From an uncultured Chlorobiaceae bacterium (GTDB taxonomy: Bacteria > Bacteroidota > Ignavibacteria > UBA10030 > SZUA-254), in assembly GCA_964512655.1 (NCBI GenBank), contig CAZEJT010000003.1, forward strand, positions 183,719-247,718: DNA of 64,000 nucleotides. Direction: 5' to 3'. The first letter of the stretch is position 1. The number at the start of each line of letters is the position of its first letter. The position numbers were made by a program, and so were the translations under genes. Below, piece by piece: positions 1 through 10,842 of the stretch. The notes beneath the pieces are model-generated. The model was not told where the DNA came from. It made no database searches and saw only the letters and a program-made list of their open reading frames with translations.

Positions 1-47
1 CTTCGGGACGACGGCCGTCGCTTCTCCAACCTTTACCGGGGGGAAAC

Positions 48-3000
48 GTGAGGTTGTTACATAGTGTACAAGCGGCACTTCTCCTTCTAGCTTCCTCCGC
101 TCTAGCGCAAACTCCATCCAGCGTCACGTCAGGCATTCCGCCGGGGCAACAAGCGATTATTGCGCCTCAGCTGCCGGATGCCTCGGGCGCCGGCACCCTT
201 TTCGTGACGGGAAAATCCACACCAAACAATGTGACGGCGACCTATGCCCCCGGTACCACAGTCGTCACACTCTCGAAGGGCGACAGCGTCCTCCAAAGAT
301 TCGGGATTTCCCCCGACGACGAAGTCAAAGTGATCGTCGAGTTCAAGAACCTCCCGCTGAGCCTGGTCCACAGCGTCAGAGAAAAGCACCCCTCCGACCG
401 AATACAGTCCGCGCTCACGGCAGTGCGGCTCGATCACGATCAGTTCAAGGCCGACCTTCCCAGGATCGACCTTAATCCGCCCCCAAGGTCTCGGAGTACA
501 TTCACCGGACAGGTTTCGTCGATCCGGTACGAATACTCGACCGCCATTAACGGGGTTGCTCTTACCACTCACCGATGGGTTCTCGACGAAATCCGCAAGC
601 TTCCTTATGTAAGCGCCATCAGCGAGGATTTCCTCGTCCATGCGCTCGATGATTCGAGCAATACGCTGATCGGCGCTCCTACATACTGGAGCACGTACGG
701 TCTACACGGAGACAGCACGGAAATCGGGATCCTCGATACGGGGATCGATTACCTACACGAAGCGCTTGGGGGTGCCCCGTTCCCGAACACTAAAGTGATC
801 GGCGGATACGATATCATCAACAACGACAACGACCCGATGGACGATAACGGCCACGGGACTCACGTCGCTGGAATCGCCGCGGGCAACGGACCGGGGCCTA
901 CTAACCTGCGCGGGGTGGCCTTTGGGGCGCGTCTGTGGGCCTTCAAAGTCCTCGATCAGAACGGGCAGGGGTTTTCTTCCCAGATAATCGCCGGCATCAA
1001 CCTCGCCCTCGATCCCGACAGCAATCCGGCAACTCCTACACCCATCTCGGTGCTCAATCTCAGTATCGGCGGCTCCGGCAATCCTAATGACCCCGGATCC
1101 CGCGCCATCGATAACGCCGTCACGAGCGGTCTGGTGTGCGCCGTTGCCGCGGGAAATAGCGGGCCCGGCAATTATACCATCAACTCGCCCGGATGCGCCC
1201 GCAAAGCCCTTACTGTTGGCGCCTGCAGCGACCTCGATGTGATAGCCTCCTTTAGCTCCCGCGGGCCGGCAGGAACGACGTTTGCAATCAAGCCCGACGT
1301 GATTGCCCCGGGCGTAAATGTCTATTCCGCCAAGGTTGGCGGCGGATACTTCTACCTGAGCGGGACCTCGATGGCGACCCCTCATGTGGCGGGCGCAGCT
1401 GCGCTCCTTCGCGAGCTCCATCCCTCATGGAGTCCGGATGAAATCAAAGCCAATCTCATGGAGAGTGCTCACGATCTGGGGCTGAATTACTGGAATCAGG
1501 GTCACGGACGCATCAACGTCTTCGATGCGGCGAAGGAAAGCGTCGTCGTAGTCCCCGGATCCATCAGCAACGGTCTTGACGTCACCTCCCAGTCAACGTG
1601 GACGGTGAAGGATACGTTGACGGTATATAATTTCAAGAACATCCTCGAGAGCTTTAACATCTCGATGAAGAATTCGCCTCCGAGCGGGATTACATTCGCC
1701 TTTGACCTGCCGACGCTGGTCGTAAACGCGAATGATTCTGCGAAGGTTGTGTTGACTGCATCCGTTGACAACACGGTCTACCCATTCCCTGTGGGATATC
1801 CTCCCTCATATTTCAACACTCTCGTCGCAAAGTCGTCGATCACATCCGACAGCATAACGGTTCCCTTCGCGTTCATCAAGAGCCCGCTCCTGAATCTTTC
1901 GTTCGATACCGCACCAACGCTCGTCGACATTCATAACAATAGCGACACTCTCTTTTTTAATGCTGCGTTCACCAACCTCATTGGCCTCGGCTTGAGCGTC
2001 CTGGTGCCGGTCGATACATACGACGTCGAAACTTTTTTCTACTCGGATTCTCAGATGGTCGTGAAGGAGGGAGTCAGCGTCAACGGGAATACGACGGTTA
2101 CTATTCACTCAACGGATGCGGCGAACCTGATTACATTCCATTTGATCAATATCAATTCTCAGGAGATCACCACTGGCAGACTGGAGCTCGAATCGGTCGT
2201 GAGCACCAGATCCAAATTCGGCATCTCCTTCTTCGGCCAGAACGCGCATAAGAAGAGGTACATCTCGAACATCAGTTCCAACTATATCTACGAGATCTCA
2301 ACCATCCCCGACTTCTTCCTGGCAGGAAGCGCCGAGTATCTATTCCCCTTCGTGGTCAGCACAGGGATTTCCGGCCCTATCACGCTGCAGAACGACCCCA
2401 CGAAGTTTAAAACCATGAATTACCGCTGCGCTGTCCCGCCCGGTACGACCCGGCTGAATCTCACGACGATATTCTCCTCGGCAACCACCGGGCTCGGTAC
2501 GACTTCTCTCGGTATCATCTATCCGCCATATCAATTTAAAGGGTATTATGCCCCTCAGCCTATCGAGGAGAATTTCCCCTATCTGACACACTGGCTTGCG
2601 GCAGATCCCCAGAGCATACTGGCAAGCATGGTTCACAGAACCTCATACACCGCTGTTTCCCAGCCGGACACGATGAGGTTTTCGGTCGGACCCACCGGTT
2701 TCTATTTCGGATCCTCGCAGTTTGTCTCCACCAGGCCCTCGTACACCAGTCCCCTGGGACTTATCCCCCCGATGTGGGCGGGAAGGGTGATCGCCTATGG
2801 CACCGCAATTGACGTGCAGGTGGCAACCGACGCCTACATGCTCACCGGGCTCGGCGACCGTGTTGTCGGGCCGATAACCTACAAGACCTGGCTGAGTGGC
2901 ACTCCTGTCGATTCAGGACTCTTTCAGAATCTTCCGAGATATCATCTCGATACATTGCTGACTGTCGTTACCGGAGGAAATTTCAAATTTCAAACTGTCT

Positions 3001-4811
3001 TCGGCAATTACAGGGTCGGACCCCGGAACGGGACGGCTACCACCACACTCACCGGAAGTTCCCTCAACTCCCTTAATGTCTGCCCGAGATTCAGGAGTCT
3101 CCTCTTCCTCCATGATGGCAATTTGCCCGACTCGCTCCCCGTCAATCAGCTCCGGATTATCCCGACGGCCCCTGAGGTTGTCGACTCGGTAAGCGCGTGG
3201 TATCGAAAGTCGACCTCGTCGACGTGGCTTCCTCTTACCCTGAGCCAGAGCGATTCAATTTACACCACCCCATTGCCGGACACTCTCGGGGTCGGTTATT
3301 ACAGCACGCGGATACGGATCACCGATCTCGCATCGCAAACCATCGACTACGTGCTCGATCCCGGTTTCACCAGCCCCGGCACAATCCTCAACACCAATCC
3401 GCTGGTGTTCGATACCATACATGTGGGATGCAGGCAGACAAAAACCATCAGCGTTCAGAACCTTCGCCTCACGACCAATGCGGTGATCACGTCGATCGTT
3501 TCCGACGATACGACGTTCGTCCTCTCGTACGGCAACGCCACCATTGCGGGTTCTGAAAGTCTCTCCGTTCCCGTCACCTTCACCCCCGTCACGGCGGGAC
3601 TGCATGAGGCCCACATAATTTTCAACATCGTCGGCTTCGCCGGTCCTGAGACTGTCGCGGTTTCCGGAGTGGCTGGAAGCCCCGGAGGGGAGATTGAGAT
3701 CTCGGAGAACCTCGGCACGCACTGGCAGCTTATCTCCGTCCCGGTGGATGCAATCTGCCCATATCTGTTGCCTCCGCTGTACGCCTACCGCGGATCGTAT
3801 CTTATTCGCGATACGCTGAAATCAGGCGAAGGTTATTGGAAGAATGTCGTCGATCCGGTATTCACGTTTGTAGGGTTCCCTCGCACGATTGACACGATCC
3901 CCATGCTCCAGGGATGGAATCTCATCGGTTCGCTATCGACCCCGACGCCCGTCACGGTCCTCAACACCATTCCTGCCGGCCAGATTTCTTCGAGGGTCTT
4001 TGGCTATACTCAGGCGGGCTACTTTAAACCCGACAGCATCTCACCTACTCATGCATATTGGGTAAAGGTGAAAATCGCCTGTCAGCTGATTCTGCAAACG
4101 GGTGCCGCCTTCCCCGGAAAACCCGCAGCCTTGCCGATAGACCCCTACACCGCGGCCTCGCGCCTGACCGTCACGGACGCCCTGAGTAGAACCCGGGTTC
4201 TTTACTTCGGACCAAGATCCGATCTGCCGGGGAATGAAGGATTCTTTGAGTTGCCGCCGCCCCCGCCTGAGGGCTCCTTTGACGTGCGGTTCGGCTCAAA
4301 CAAAGAATGTGAGATCGTCCTAGATCACAAGGCCCAAAATTTCCCGATCCGCATAAGCTCGGCCGAGTATCCGGTCACGATCAGCTGGGATGTGAAATCG
4401 AGCACTCTCCTTGGCGTGCTGAGGGTAGGGACCGGAAGTATAGAGCTGAGCAAGAGCGGTTCCCTCACGATCCCGGCTGCAGCCGACACGGTAGCGCTGC
4501 GAATTACAGGTTCGGCTGCGCTTCCGAGAACATTCGCGCTCGATCAGAACTATCCCAATCCGTTCAATCCTCAGACGGTCATCCAGTACCAACTCCCCGT
4601 CGACAGCCGGGTTGAATTGAAGATCTATAACACCCTTGGCGAGCAGGTCGCAACCCTCATCGACGGCGAGCAGCCCGCCGGATACAAGTCGGTTACGTGG
4701 AACGGCGCCAATTTCGCGAGCGGCGTCTACTTCTGCCGTCTACACGCGGTAGGGGTAGCGGACGCGAAGAACAACTTTACACAGACGCGAAAGCTCGTAC
4801 TTATCAGATAG
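48..4811 (+). CDS. Subtilisin-like (S8) serine peptidase, 1587 aa, with T9SS type-A C-terminal sorting domain
   Basis: GTG start after a GGGGGG RBS-like run; signal peptide MRLLHSVQAALLLLASSALAQ. Catalytic triad motifs GILDTGIDY (Asp), HGTHVAG (His) and GTSMATPHVAG (Ser), with oxyanion AAGNSGP. About 1100 aa of extension without recognisable motifs. C-terminus [22 protein letters not shown]…GVYFCRL is a typical Por/T9SS CTD. Confidence 0.85.
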   Translation: MRLLHSVQAALLLLASSALAQTPSSVTSGIPPGQQAIIAPQLPDASGAGTLFVTGKSTPNNVTATYAPGTTVVTLSKGDSVLQRFGISPDDEVKVIVEFKNLPLSLVHSVREKHPSDRIQSALTAVRLDHDQFKADLPRIDLNPPPRSRSTFTGQVSSIRYEYSTAINGVALTTHRWVLDEIRKLPYVSAISEDFLVHALDDSSNTLIGAPTYWSTYGLHGDSTEIGILDTGIDYLHEALGGAPFPNTKVIGGYDIINNDNDPMDDNGHGTHVAGIAAGNGPGPTNLRGVAFGARLWAFKVLDQNGQGFSSQIIAGINLALDPDSNPATPTPISVLNLSIGGSGNPNDPGSRAIDNAVTSGLVCAVAAGNSGPGNYTINSPGCARKALTVGACSDLDVIASFSSRGPAGTTFAIKPDVIAPGVNVYSAKVGGGYFYLSGTSMATPHVAGAAALLRELHPSWSPDEIKANLMESAHDLGLNYWNQGHGRINVFDAAKESVVVVPGSISNGLDVTSQSTWTVKDTLTVYNFKNILESFNISMKNSPPSGITFAFDLPTLVVNANDSAKVVLTASVDNTVYPFPVGYPPSYFNTLVAKSSITSDSITVPFAFIKSPLLNLSFDTAPTLVDIHNNSDTLFFNAAFTNLIGLGLSVLVPVDTYDVETFFYSDSQMVVKEGVSVNGNTTVTIHSTDAANLITFHLININSQEITTGRLELESVVSTRSKFGISFFGQNAHKKRYISNISSNYIYEISTIPDFFLAGSAEYLFPFVVSTGISGPITLQNDPTKFKTMNYRCAVPPGTTRLNLTTIFSSATTGLGTTSLGIIYPPYQFKGYYAPQPIEENFPYLTHWLAADPQSILASMVHRTSYTAVSQPDTMRFSVGPTGFYFGSSQFVSTRPSYTSPLGLIPPMWAGRVIAYGTAIDVQVATDAYMLTGLGDRVVGPITYKTWLSGTPVDSGLFQNLPRYHLDTLLTVVTGGNFKFQTVFGNYRVGPRNGTATTTLTGSSLNSLNVCPRFRSLLFLHDGNLPDSLPVNQLRIIPTAPEVVDSVSAWYRKSTSSTWLPLTLSQSDSIYTTPLPDTLGVGYYSTRIRITDLASQTIDYVLDPGFTSPGTILNTNPLVFDTIHVGCRQTKTISVQNLRLTTNAVITSIVSDDTTFVLSYGNATIAGSESLSVPVTFTPVTAGLHEAHIIFNIVGFAGPETVAVSGVAGSPGGEIEISENLGTHWQLISVPVDAICPYLLPPLYAYRGSYLIRDTLKSGEGYWKNVVDPVFTFVGFPRTIDTIPMLQGWNLIGSLSTPTPVTVLNTIPAGQISSRVFGYTQAGYFKPDSISPTHAYWVKVKIACQLILQTGAAFPGKPAALPIDPYTAASRLTVTDALSRTRVLYFGPRSDLPGNEGFFELPPPPPEGSFDVRFGSNKECEIVLDHKAQNFPIRISSAEYPVTISWDVKSSTLLGVLRVGTGSIELSKSGSLTIPAAADTVALRITGSAALPRTFALDQNYPNPFNPQTVIQYQLPVDSRVELKIYNTLGEQVATLIDGEQPAGYKSVTWNGANFASGVYFCRLHAVGVADAKNNFTQTRKLVLIR

Positions 4812-4844
4812 TTTGGAAAATTCCTCGTAATTCCGTAAATTACA

Positions 4845-4895
4845 CCCGTTCAAGTTTGAACGCCTCGGTCAGAATCAACGGCTTGAGGCGTTTTT
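4845..4895 (+). terminator. Candidate rho-independent terminator after the subtilase gene
   Basis: Hairpin cgttcaa-gt-ttgaacg (4845-4860), then a GC stem …gaggcg followed by TTTTTGTTCT. Confidence 0.4.
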
Positions 4896-4910
4896 GTTCT
4901 ATCTTAGGCC

Positions 4911-6779
4911 ATGAATAACCGACCCGACATACGAAATATCGCCATCATCGCGCACGTCGATCACGGCAAGACCACGCTCGTAGATCACATGCTTCGCCAG
5001 ACAGGCACATTCCGGGAGAACCAGGAAGTTGTCAAACGCGTGATGGATTCTAACGAACTGGAGCGCGAACGCGGCATTACCATCCTTGCGAAGAACACCG
5101 CCGTCATCTACAAACGACCCAAAGGTGACGGAGGCCCTAAAGAAATCAAGATCAACATCGTTGACACGCCGGGTCACTCGGATTTTGCCGGAGAAGTCGA
5201 ACGGACCCTCAAGATGGTCAACGGGGTTCTCCTTCTCGTTGACGCGGCAGAAGGACCGCTCCCGGGTACAAAGTTTGTTCTGAAAAAATCGCTCGAGCTG
5301 AACCTCCAGCCGATCGTCGTGATCAACAAGATCGACCGCAAGGACGCACGCCCTCACGCGGTCCTCGATGAGGTCTTCGAGCTTTTCCTCTCACTCGGAG
5401 CCGACAACAAACAACTTGACTTCCCGACTGTCTACGCGATTGCCAAACAGGGGATCGCAAAGTGTGAGCTCGAAGACGAAGGGGTGAATCTCGAACCGCT
5501 CTTTGAGACAATCATAAACAAGATTCCCCCGCCTCCGGGCGATACCGACTCACCGTTCAAGATGCTCGTAACCACTATTGACTATAACGACTATCTCGGA
5601 AGGCTGGGAATCGGGCGCATAGAGCAAGGAACTATCCGCCTCGGCTCTCCGATGAAGATCATCCACCGTGATGCGCAGGTGGAAGACGCAAAAGTTACGA
5701 AGATCTACACCTTCGCAGGATTGAAGCGAATCGAGGTCGAAGAGGCTTCCGCAGGCGACATCATCGCAATCTCCGGAATGGAAGATGTTGAGATCGGAGA
5801 AACACTCGCTGATTCCGCAGATCCCAGCCCGCTGCCTTTCGTTACGATTGAAGAGCCGACTCTCTCGATGAATTTCATTGTCAATAATTCTCCTTTCGCC
5901 GGGCAGGAGGGGAAGTATGTAACAACGCGAGCTCTCGGAGACCGTCTCGCGAAAGAGCTCCGCTCGAACGTCAGCCTCCGCGTCGAGCTCACCGACACGC
6001 CCGACACCTTCAAGGTGAGCGGCCGGGGAGAGCTGCATCTGGGGATTCTGATCGAGACCATGCGACGGGAAGGGTATGAGTTTCAGGTCTCTGCGCCGCA
6101 GGTGATTTATAAGCGGATCAACGATGTGCTGTGCGAACCGATGGAGCACGTCATCGTCGACGTGCCTGATGAGTTTGTCGGAATCATCATCGAGAACCTG
6201 GGGTCGCGCAAAGGCGTCATGCGGGCCATGATCCAGTCATCGGGTAACACTCGTCTGGAATTCCTCGTGCCTGCGCGGGGGTTGCTTGGGTTCCGTTCAG
6301 AATTCATGACCGACACAAAGGGGACGGGCATTCTCCACCACAATTTCCACGGTTACGAGCCCTACAAAGGCGATCTGGCCACGCGCCACAAAGGAGGCGT
6401 CATACAGTTGGAGGACGGTGTAGCAACCGCGTACGCGATGTTCAAATTGCAGGACCGGATCACATTCTTCATCGAGCCCGGCACCCGGGTCTATCAGGGG
6501 ATGGTGGTCGGCGAGAACGCGAGGGACGAGGACATTATCGTCAACGTCTGCAAGACAAAACAGCTCACCAACATGCGCGCGAGCGGCGCCGACGAGGCCA
6601 TTCGGCTCGAACCGCCTAACATCCACACGCTCGAGCAGGCGATTGAGTGGATCAACGACGATGAGTATATTGAGGTGACGCCCGCTTCCCTCCGGCTTCG
6701 GAAGCGGTACCTCGACCACAACGAGCGCGTGAGAATGTCCAAGAAGAAAGCCGAGTCAATCGCGGCGGAGCTCGAGTAG
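4911..6779 (+). CDS. typA: Translational GTPase TypA/BipA
   Basis: N-terminus [17 protein letters not shown] (G1), DTPGH (G3), NKIDR (G4). Near-colinear with E. coli BipA along the full 622 aa. Confidence 0.95.
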   Translation: MNNRPDIRNIAIIAHVDHGKTTLVDHMLRQTGTFRENQEVVKRVMDSNELERERGITILAKNTAVIYKRPKGDGGPKEIKINIVDTPGHSDFAGEVERTLKMVNGVLLLVDAAEGPLPGTKFVLKKSLELNLQPIVVINKIDRKDARPHAVLDEVFELFLSLGADNKQLDFPTVYAIAKQGIAKCELEDEGVNLEPLFETIINKIPPPPGDTDSPFKMLVTTIDYNDYLGRLGIGRIEQGTIRLGSPMKIIHRDAQVEDAKVTKIYTFAGLKRIEVEEASAGDIIAISGMEDVEIGETLADSADPSPLPFVTIEEPTLSMNFIVNNSPFAGQEGKYVTTRALGDRLAKELRSNVSLRVELTDTPDTFKVSGRGELHLGILIETMRREGYEFQVSAPQVIYKRINDVLCEPMEHVIVDVPDEFVGIIIENLGSRKGVMRAMIQSSGNTRLEFLVPARGLLGFRSEFMTDTKGTGILHHNFHGYEPYKGDLATRHKGGVIQLEDGVATAYAMFKLQDRITFFIEPGTRVYQGMVVGENARDEDIIVNVCKTKQLTNMRASGADEAIRLEPPNIHTLEQAIEWINDDEYIEVTPASLRLRKRYLDHNERVRMSKKKAESIAAELE

Positions 6780-6781
6780 TA

Positions 6782-7972
6782 GTGCGCTTTTCCCGCCGCA
6801 CCGGGTGGCCGCGGCGGCCCAACAAGCTGGCCGCCCTCCTTGAAGAGCGACGCAAGAGCGGCAAACCGGTTTACGATCTCACAGTTTCAAACCCAACCGA
6901 GGTCGGGATAGGTTATCCGGAAATCGACCTTGCCGCTTCCCTTTCCGATCCAAGAGTCCTTCGCTACGAGCCCGACCCGCGCGGCCTCCTGAGCGCCCGC
7001 GAAACAATCTCCGAGTACTACGATTCTACCTGGAATATCACCGCGGATCCATCATCGATCTTCCTCACCTCAAGCACAAGCGAGGCGTATTCGATACTTT
7101 TCAAGCTCCTCTGTGATCCGGGAGAGGAGATTCTCATTCCCCGGCCTACCTACCCTCTTTTTGACTCCCTGGCACGTCTTAGCGATGTGACGCTTGGCGG
7201 ATATCGTCTCGAGTACGATGATGTGTGGCGAGTCGATCTTGACTCTGTGGAGGCCGCGATCGGGAAATCGACACGGGCTGTTGTCATCGTCAATCCCCAC
7301 AACCCCACCGGCATGTTCCTGAAACAGGATGAGTACCGCGCGATCAAAGAGATGTGCGCGCAGCATTCGATCCCGATTATCACGGATGAAGTTTTTTTGG
7401 AGTTTCCGCTTCACGGCGGGAACTCCCGGATTTCAACGGCGGGTGAACAGGATATCCTGTCGTTCACTCTAAACGGAATTTCGAAGATGGCCGGACTCCC
7501 CCAGCTTAAATTGGGATGGATCGTCGTGGGAGGTCCGCCGGCCGATCGTACAGAAGCCGCGGGCCGGCTTGAGATCGTTTCCGATACATTTCTCTCCGTG
7601 AACACTCCCGTTCAGATCGCGCTTCCGGAGATCATGGAGGCGGGCGACAATATCCGTGAGAACCTGCTCGCCCGGCTCAGGTCCAACTATGGCGCCATGC
7701 TCGCCGAGGTTCCATCAGGATCCGCTTGTTCTGTTCTCCAGTGTGAGGGAGGATGGTATGGGATTATCCGGGTGCCGAACGTGAAATCGGACGAGGAGTG
7801 GGCGGTGCTGCTCCTCGAGGAGACTGGTTTCTACCTGTTCCCTGGTTATTTCTTCGATTTCGAGACGGAGGGCTATCTGGTGGTGAGTCTACTCGTGAAG
7901 GAGGAGGTTTTTCGCAAGGGCATAACGGCACTTGTTGATTGCGTCGAATCGATGGACCCCGACACTGCATGA
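6782..7972 (+). CDS. PLP-dependent aminotransferase, class I/II fold
   Basis: N-terminal FSRRTG…LDLT.SNPT motif and VIVNPHNPTG core. GTG start 2 nt after the typA stop; no in-frame ATG before the conserved N-terminus. Confidence 0.8.
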   Translation: MRFSRRTGWPRRPNKLAALLEERRKSGKPVYDLTVSNPTEVGIGYPEIDLAASLSDPRVLRYEPDPRGLLSARETISEYYDSTWNITADPSSIFLTSSTSEAYSILFKLLCDPGEEILIPRPTYPLFDSLARLSDVTLGGYRLEYDDVWRVDLDSVEAAIGKSTRAVVIVNPHNPTGMFLKQDEYRAIKEMCAQHSIPIITDEVFLEFPLHGGNSRISTAGEQDILSFTLNGISKMAGLPQLKLGWIVVGGPPADRTEAAGRLEIVSDTFLSVNTPVQIALPEIMEAGDNIRENLLARLRSNYGAMLAEVPSGSACSVLQCEGGWYGIIRVPNVKSDEEWAVLLLEETGFYLFPGYFFDFETEGYLVVSLLVKEEVFRKGITALVDCVESMDPDTA

Positions 7973-8065
7973 AGCTTTGATCTTACTTGCTCATCCGAAC
8001 GCAGCTCAATACGGGCAATCTTGGTTAGAATCAATCCCCGCCATAGAACGGGGGATGAGTGGTAC

Positions 8066-8836
8066 TCAGATGGCCAGAGGGATCCTTGACCCCAGAGTGG
8101 TCATCAGCTCTTGAGACTGTCGTCGGGTGGGTTGGGGCATGCCGTCGTATTGTCTCCCATCCAAAATGCGTCCTGTGGCTTTCTTTCTGACTCCGCCCCA
8201 CTGCTTAAAGAAGAATGCCACTTCCTCCCTTTCACAGGAGGCTTTGATCTCCCTCACCCATTCCGATTTCATCTCGCGAGCACCGGGTCCTGATTCCCCC
8301 CCTACTATTACCCAATCGATGCCGGCCAGCGGCACATTCGGCAAAGGAGCGAGAAGTGGCTCCAATGAGAGGAACCTCACAGCGGCCGGAACGAGGAGGA
8401 GGTCACGAATCCGGGAGAAATACTTTGGCGTTTCCACGCTCACGCCCATCCAAATGTTTGTTGGCCATGGCAGGATGCCGGCAAGCTCGGCCAGCCTGCC
8501 AGAACGTTTGGTCAAAACTTGAAATGTGTGCCAATGCGCCTGTTGCATCATGGAAAAAACCTGAACCAGAAAGCCGATCGGAATATCCTCATGGAAAAGG
8601 TCGCTCATCGAATTGACAAAGATTTGCCTTGGTCTCCGCCAAGTAAGAGGCACGTTGATCAAGTCCGGATGAAGTGTGATGCCGAATCCGTTACGATAAC
8701 GGGGGGAGCCCATCGCCTGCAAGCGCTTCGCCAGCCTCTCGGCATAACAGTGTTTGCACCCCGGGCTAATCTTATCGCAACCCGTTACGGGATTCCACGA
8801 CGCTTCAGTCCATTCTATCGATGATGGGCCAGCCAT
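8066..8836 (-). CDS. Phage Gp37/Gp68 family protein (DUF5131)
   Basis: N-terminus [27 protein letters not shown] matches the hallmark IEWTD.TWNP.TGC…C..CYA motif of PF07505/DUF5131. Local GC looks lower than in neighbouring genes. Confidence 0.7.
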   Translation of the reverse strand: MAGPSSIEWTEASWNPVTGCDKISPGCKHCYAERLAKRLQAMGSPRYRNGFGITLHPDLINVPLTWRRPRQIFVNSMSDLFHEDIPIGFLVQVFSMMQQAHWHTFQVLTKRSGRLAELAGILPWPTNIWMGVSVETPKYFSRIRDLLLVPAAVRFLSLEPLLAPLPNVPLAGIDWVIVGGESGPGAREMKSEWVREIKASCEREEVAFFFKQWGGVRKKATGRILDGRQYDGMPQPTRRQSQELMTTLGSRIPLAI

Positions 8837-9141
8837 TTGTGATTGTTATGAAAAATTGAATGCATCCTGGTTCGAGCTGCCTCGCAAAGCCTTGTCCCAA
8901 AAATCAATCCCGCGGTCATGTTGAGAAAATGGAGAGATAGTTGCTCAGCAACCGATACTTTTCAAGCGCATACTCACCGGTTTCGATGATCCTGAGACCA
9001 TCTTCCTTCCATTCCAGCATCTGACCCTCCTCCCGAAGGTACGACATATTTGTCGTGAAGTCAAGGATAATGCGACAAAATCGTTACCCTCCGATTTGTC
9101 ATATCAATCACATTACTTGAATGAAGGCTCTCCGCTGCACT

Positions 9142-9846
9142 CTATTTCCCCATCGCCTCGTTCAGAAACCTGATCAGCGGTAGAAGCCCCCTGTACACGT
9201 CGACGACATTGCCAACCATCTTCGATGAGTAACAGCTCTTCTCTTCCCATTCTACCCCAGAAAAGAACTGCTTGTACTTGAGCCATTCGATCATCGGGTG
9301 GTCTGCCGAATAGCCGAGCGGATTCCGTTTCAGCTTTTCCCCCTCCAGCCCGCCGAATCTCTTCTTGAAAGATTTATCTTCCATGATAGACCGGAACTTG
9401 GTCTGATGATCTGAGATCGCGCCGCGGATCTTCTTAAGCTGGTTGCTGTCTGGCATATAGATCCCCCCGCCCAGAAATACCTGCCCGGGCTCGATGTGAA
9501 GATAATACCCCGCGCTCCCCTGCCAGTTGCCTCGAAGATGGAAGACCGCCGCAACGTGCGTCTTGTAGGGCGCTTTGTTGTTGCTGAAGCGGATATCCCG
9601 GTAGATCCTGAAGAGGCTCCGCCTCGGGTGGACGTCAAACTCCGGAGCGATCTCCGACATGGGCTCCCTGAGCGAGGCGATAAGCGATTGCATCGGGAAT
9701 TTCACGAACTCCTCGTACTCGGGTTTGTGCCTGGTGAACCATTCCCTGTTGTTATTCTTCTTGAGCTGCTTCAGAAACCTGATCCCCTCCTTCGGAAAAC
9801 CTCCGAACGGCGGGTACATTTCCGCATCGAGAATCACGCTCTTCAT
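9142..9846 (-). CDS. DUF2461 (TIGR02453) family protein
   Basis: FRIYRDIRFSNNKAPYKTH motif and a length around 230 aa are typical for this family. Confidence 0.6.
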   Translation of the reverse strand: MKSVILDAEMYPPFGGFPKEGIRFLKQLKKNNNREWFTRHKPEYEEFVKFPMQSLIASLREPMSEIAPEFDVHPRRSLFRIYRDIRFSNNKAPYKTHVAAVFHLRGNWQGSAGYYLHIEPGQVFLGGGIYMPDSNQLKKIRGAISDHQTKFRSIMEDKSFKKRFGGLEGEKLKRNPLGYSADHPMIEWLKYKQFFSGVEWEEKSCYSSKMVGNVVDVYRGLLPLIRFLNEAMGK

Positions 9847-9849
9847 GTG

Positions 9850-10833
9850 CTAGCCTCTTCTTCTTGATTTGAGATGATCGCTGCGCCCATCGATGTCTCT
9901 GATGGCTACGCCTACAAAGCCCTCCGCCAACTTAAGACGTGCTGCGGCACGACGCGCTGACAGACCAAGCTTCACCATGACGATCGCGGTCTTGACGTGT
10001 CCGCCGGCCTGGCGCAGTTTCGTTGAAGCATCTTTATATCCGATCCCTGTCGTCATCATCAGGACGCGTTTCGCCCGCTCTTCAAGCTTCCGGCTGTTCA
10101 GCTTCAGGTCCACCATCATATTGCCGAGCACCTTTCCCAATCGTACCATCGACGCGGTGGTGATCATGTTCAGCACAAGTTTCTGGGCAGTCCCGGCTTT
10201 CATCCTCGTCGAACCCATTACCACTTCAGGACCTACCACGGGGCATATGGCGACATCGACACTCTTTTGTAGTGCAGCGAACTCCGGCCTTCCAAGCGCT
10301 GATCTTGAATTTGTTGTCACGAGCAAAGTAGCGGCTCCGCGGCGCTTGGCTTCTCGAAGCGCGCCAATTACATACGGTGTCCTCATGCTGGCAGCGATTC
10401 CACAGACAACATCTTTCTTGCCTGCCTTCATCCGGATGATATCCGACTTTCCGCTCGCCTCAAGGTCTTCAGATCCCTCTATTGCTCTGAAAACAGCGCT
10501 TTTCCCTCCCGCAATGAGACCCTGGACCATCTTTGGATCGGTGCCATAGGTTGGCGGGCATTCTGCGGCATCCAGGATCCCGAGTCGCCCGCTTGTTCCC
10601 GCTCCTACGTAAATTAGCCGGCCGCCTGACTTGAATGAGCGCACAACAACCTCGACTGCTCTTGCGATATCCGGGAGCTCACGCTTCACGGCAGCTGGCA
10701 CCATTGCATCTTCTCGAGCGATCGACTGGAGGATCCCCCGGATGTCTCTGCTGTCGAGATCACGCGTCCTCGGATTGGACTTCTCAGTTATCAGGGTTTG
10801 AAGCTGGTTGAAAAGGCGTTTGTCGTTATTCAT
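9850..10833 (-). CDS. murQ: N-acetylmuramic acid 6-phosphate etherase
   Basis: SIS-domain protein. GRLIYVGAGTSGRLGILDAAECPPTYG and TGSTRMKAGTAQKLVLNM are closely colinear with E. coli MurQ. Confidence 0.9.
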   Translation of the reverse strand: MNNDKRLFNQLQTLITEKSNPRTRDLDSRDIRGILQSIAREDAMVPAAVKRELPDIARAVEVVVRSFKSGGRLIYVGAGTSGRLGILDAAECPPTYGTDPKMVQGLIAGGKSAVFRAIEGSEDLEASGKSDIIRMKAGKKDVVCGIAASMRTPYVIGALREAKRRGAATLLVTTNSRSALGRPEFAALQKSVDVAICPVVGPEVVMGSTRMKAGTAQKLVLNMITTASMVRLGKVLGNMMVDLKLNSRKLEERAKRVLMMTTGIGYKDASTKLRQAGGHVKTAIVMVKLGLSARRAAARLKLAEGFVGVAIRDIDGRSDHLKSRRRG

Positions 10834-10842
10834 TCCTGGCCT

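Noticed and set aside
129-1421. Minus-strand ORFs (129..641, 753..1421, 956..1171) inside the first subtilase gene
   Set aside because: Shadow ORFs are expected in a 60% GC genome. They overlap a well-supported CDS, have no motifs, and are Arg/Gly/Ala-rich as is typical of antisense frames.
8836-9142. 43-codon minus-strand ORF (MSYLREEGQMLEWKEDGLRIIETGEYALEKYRLLSNYLSIFST) upstream of the Gp37-family gene; also checked as a possible tRNA locus (GGTTCGAGC)
   Set aside because: No recognisable motif or RBS, and too short to assert. The GGTTCGAGC segment lacks complementary T-stem flanks, so it is not a tRNA.
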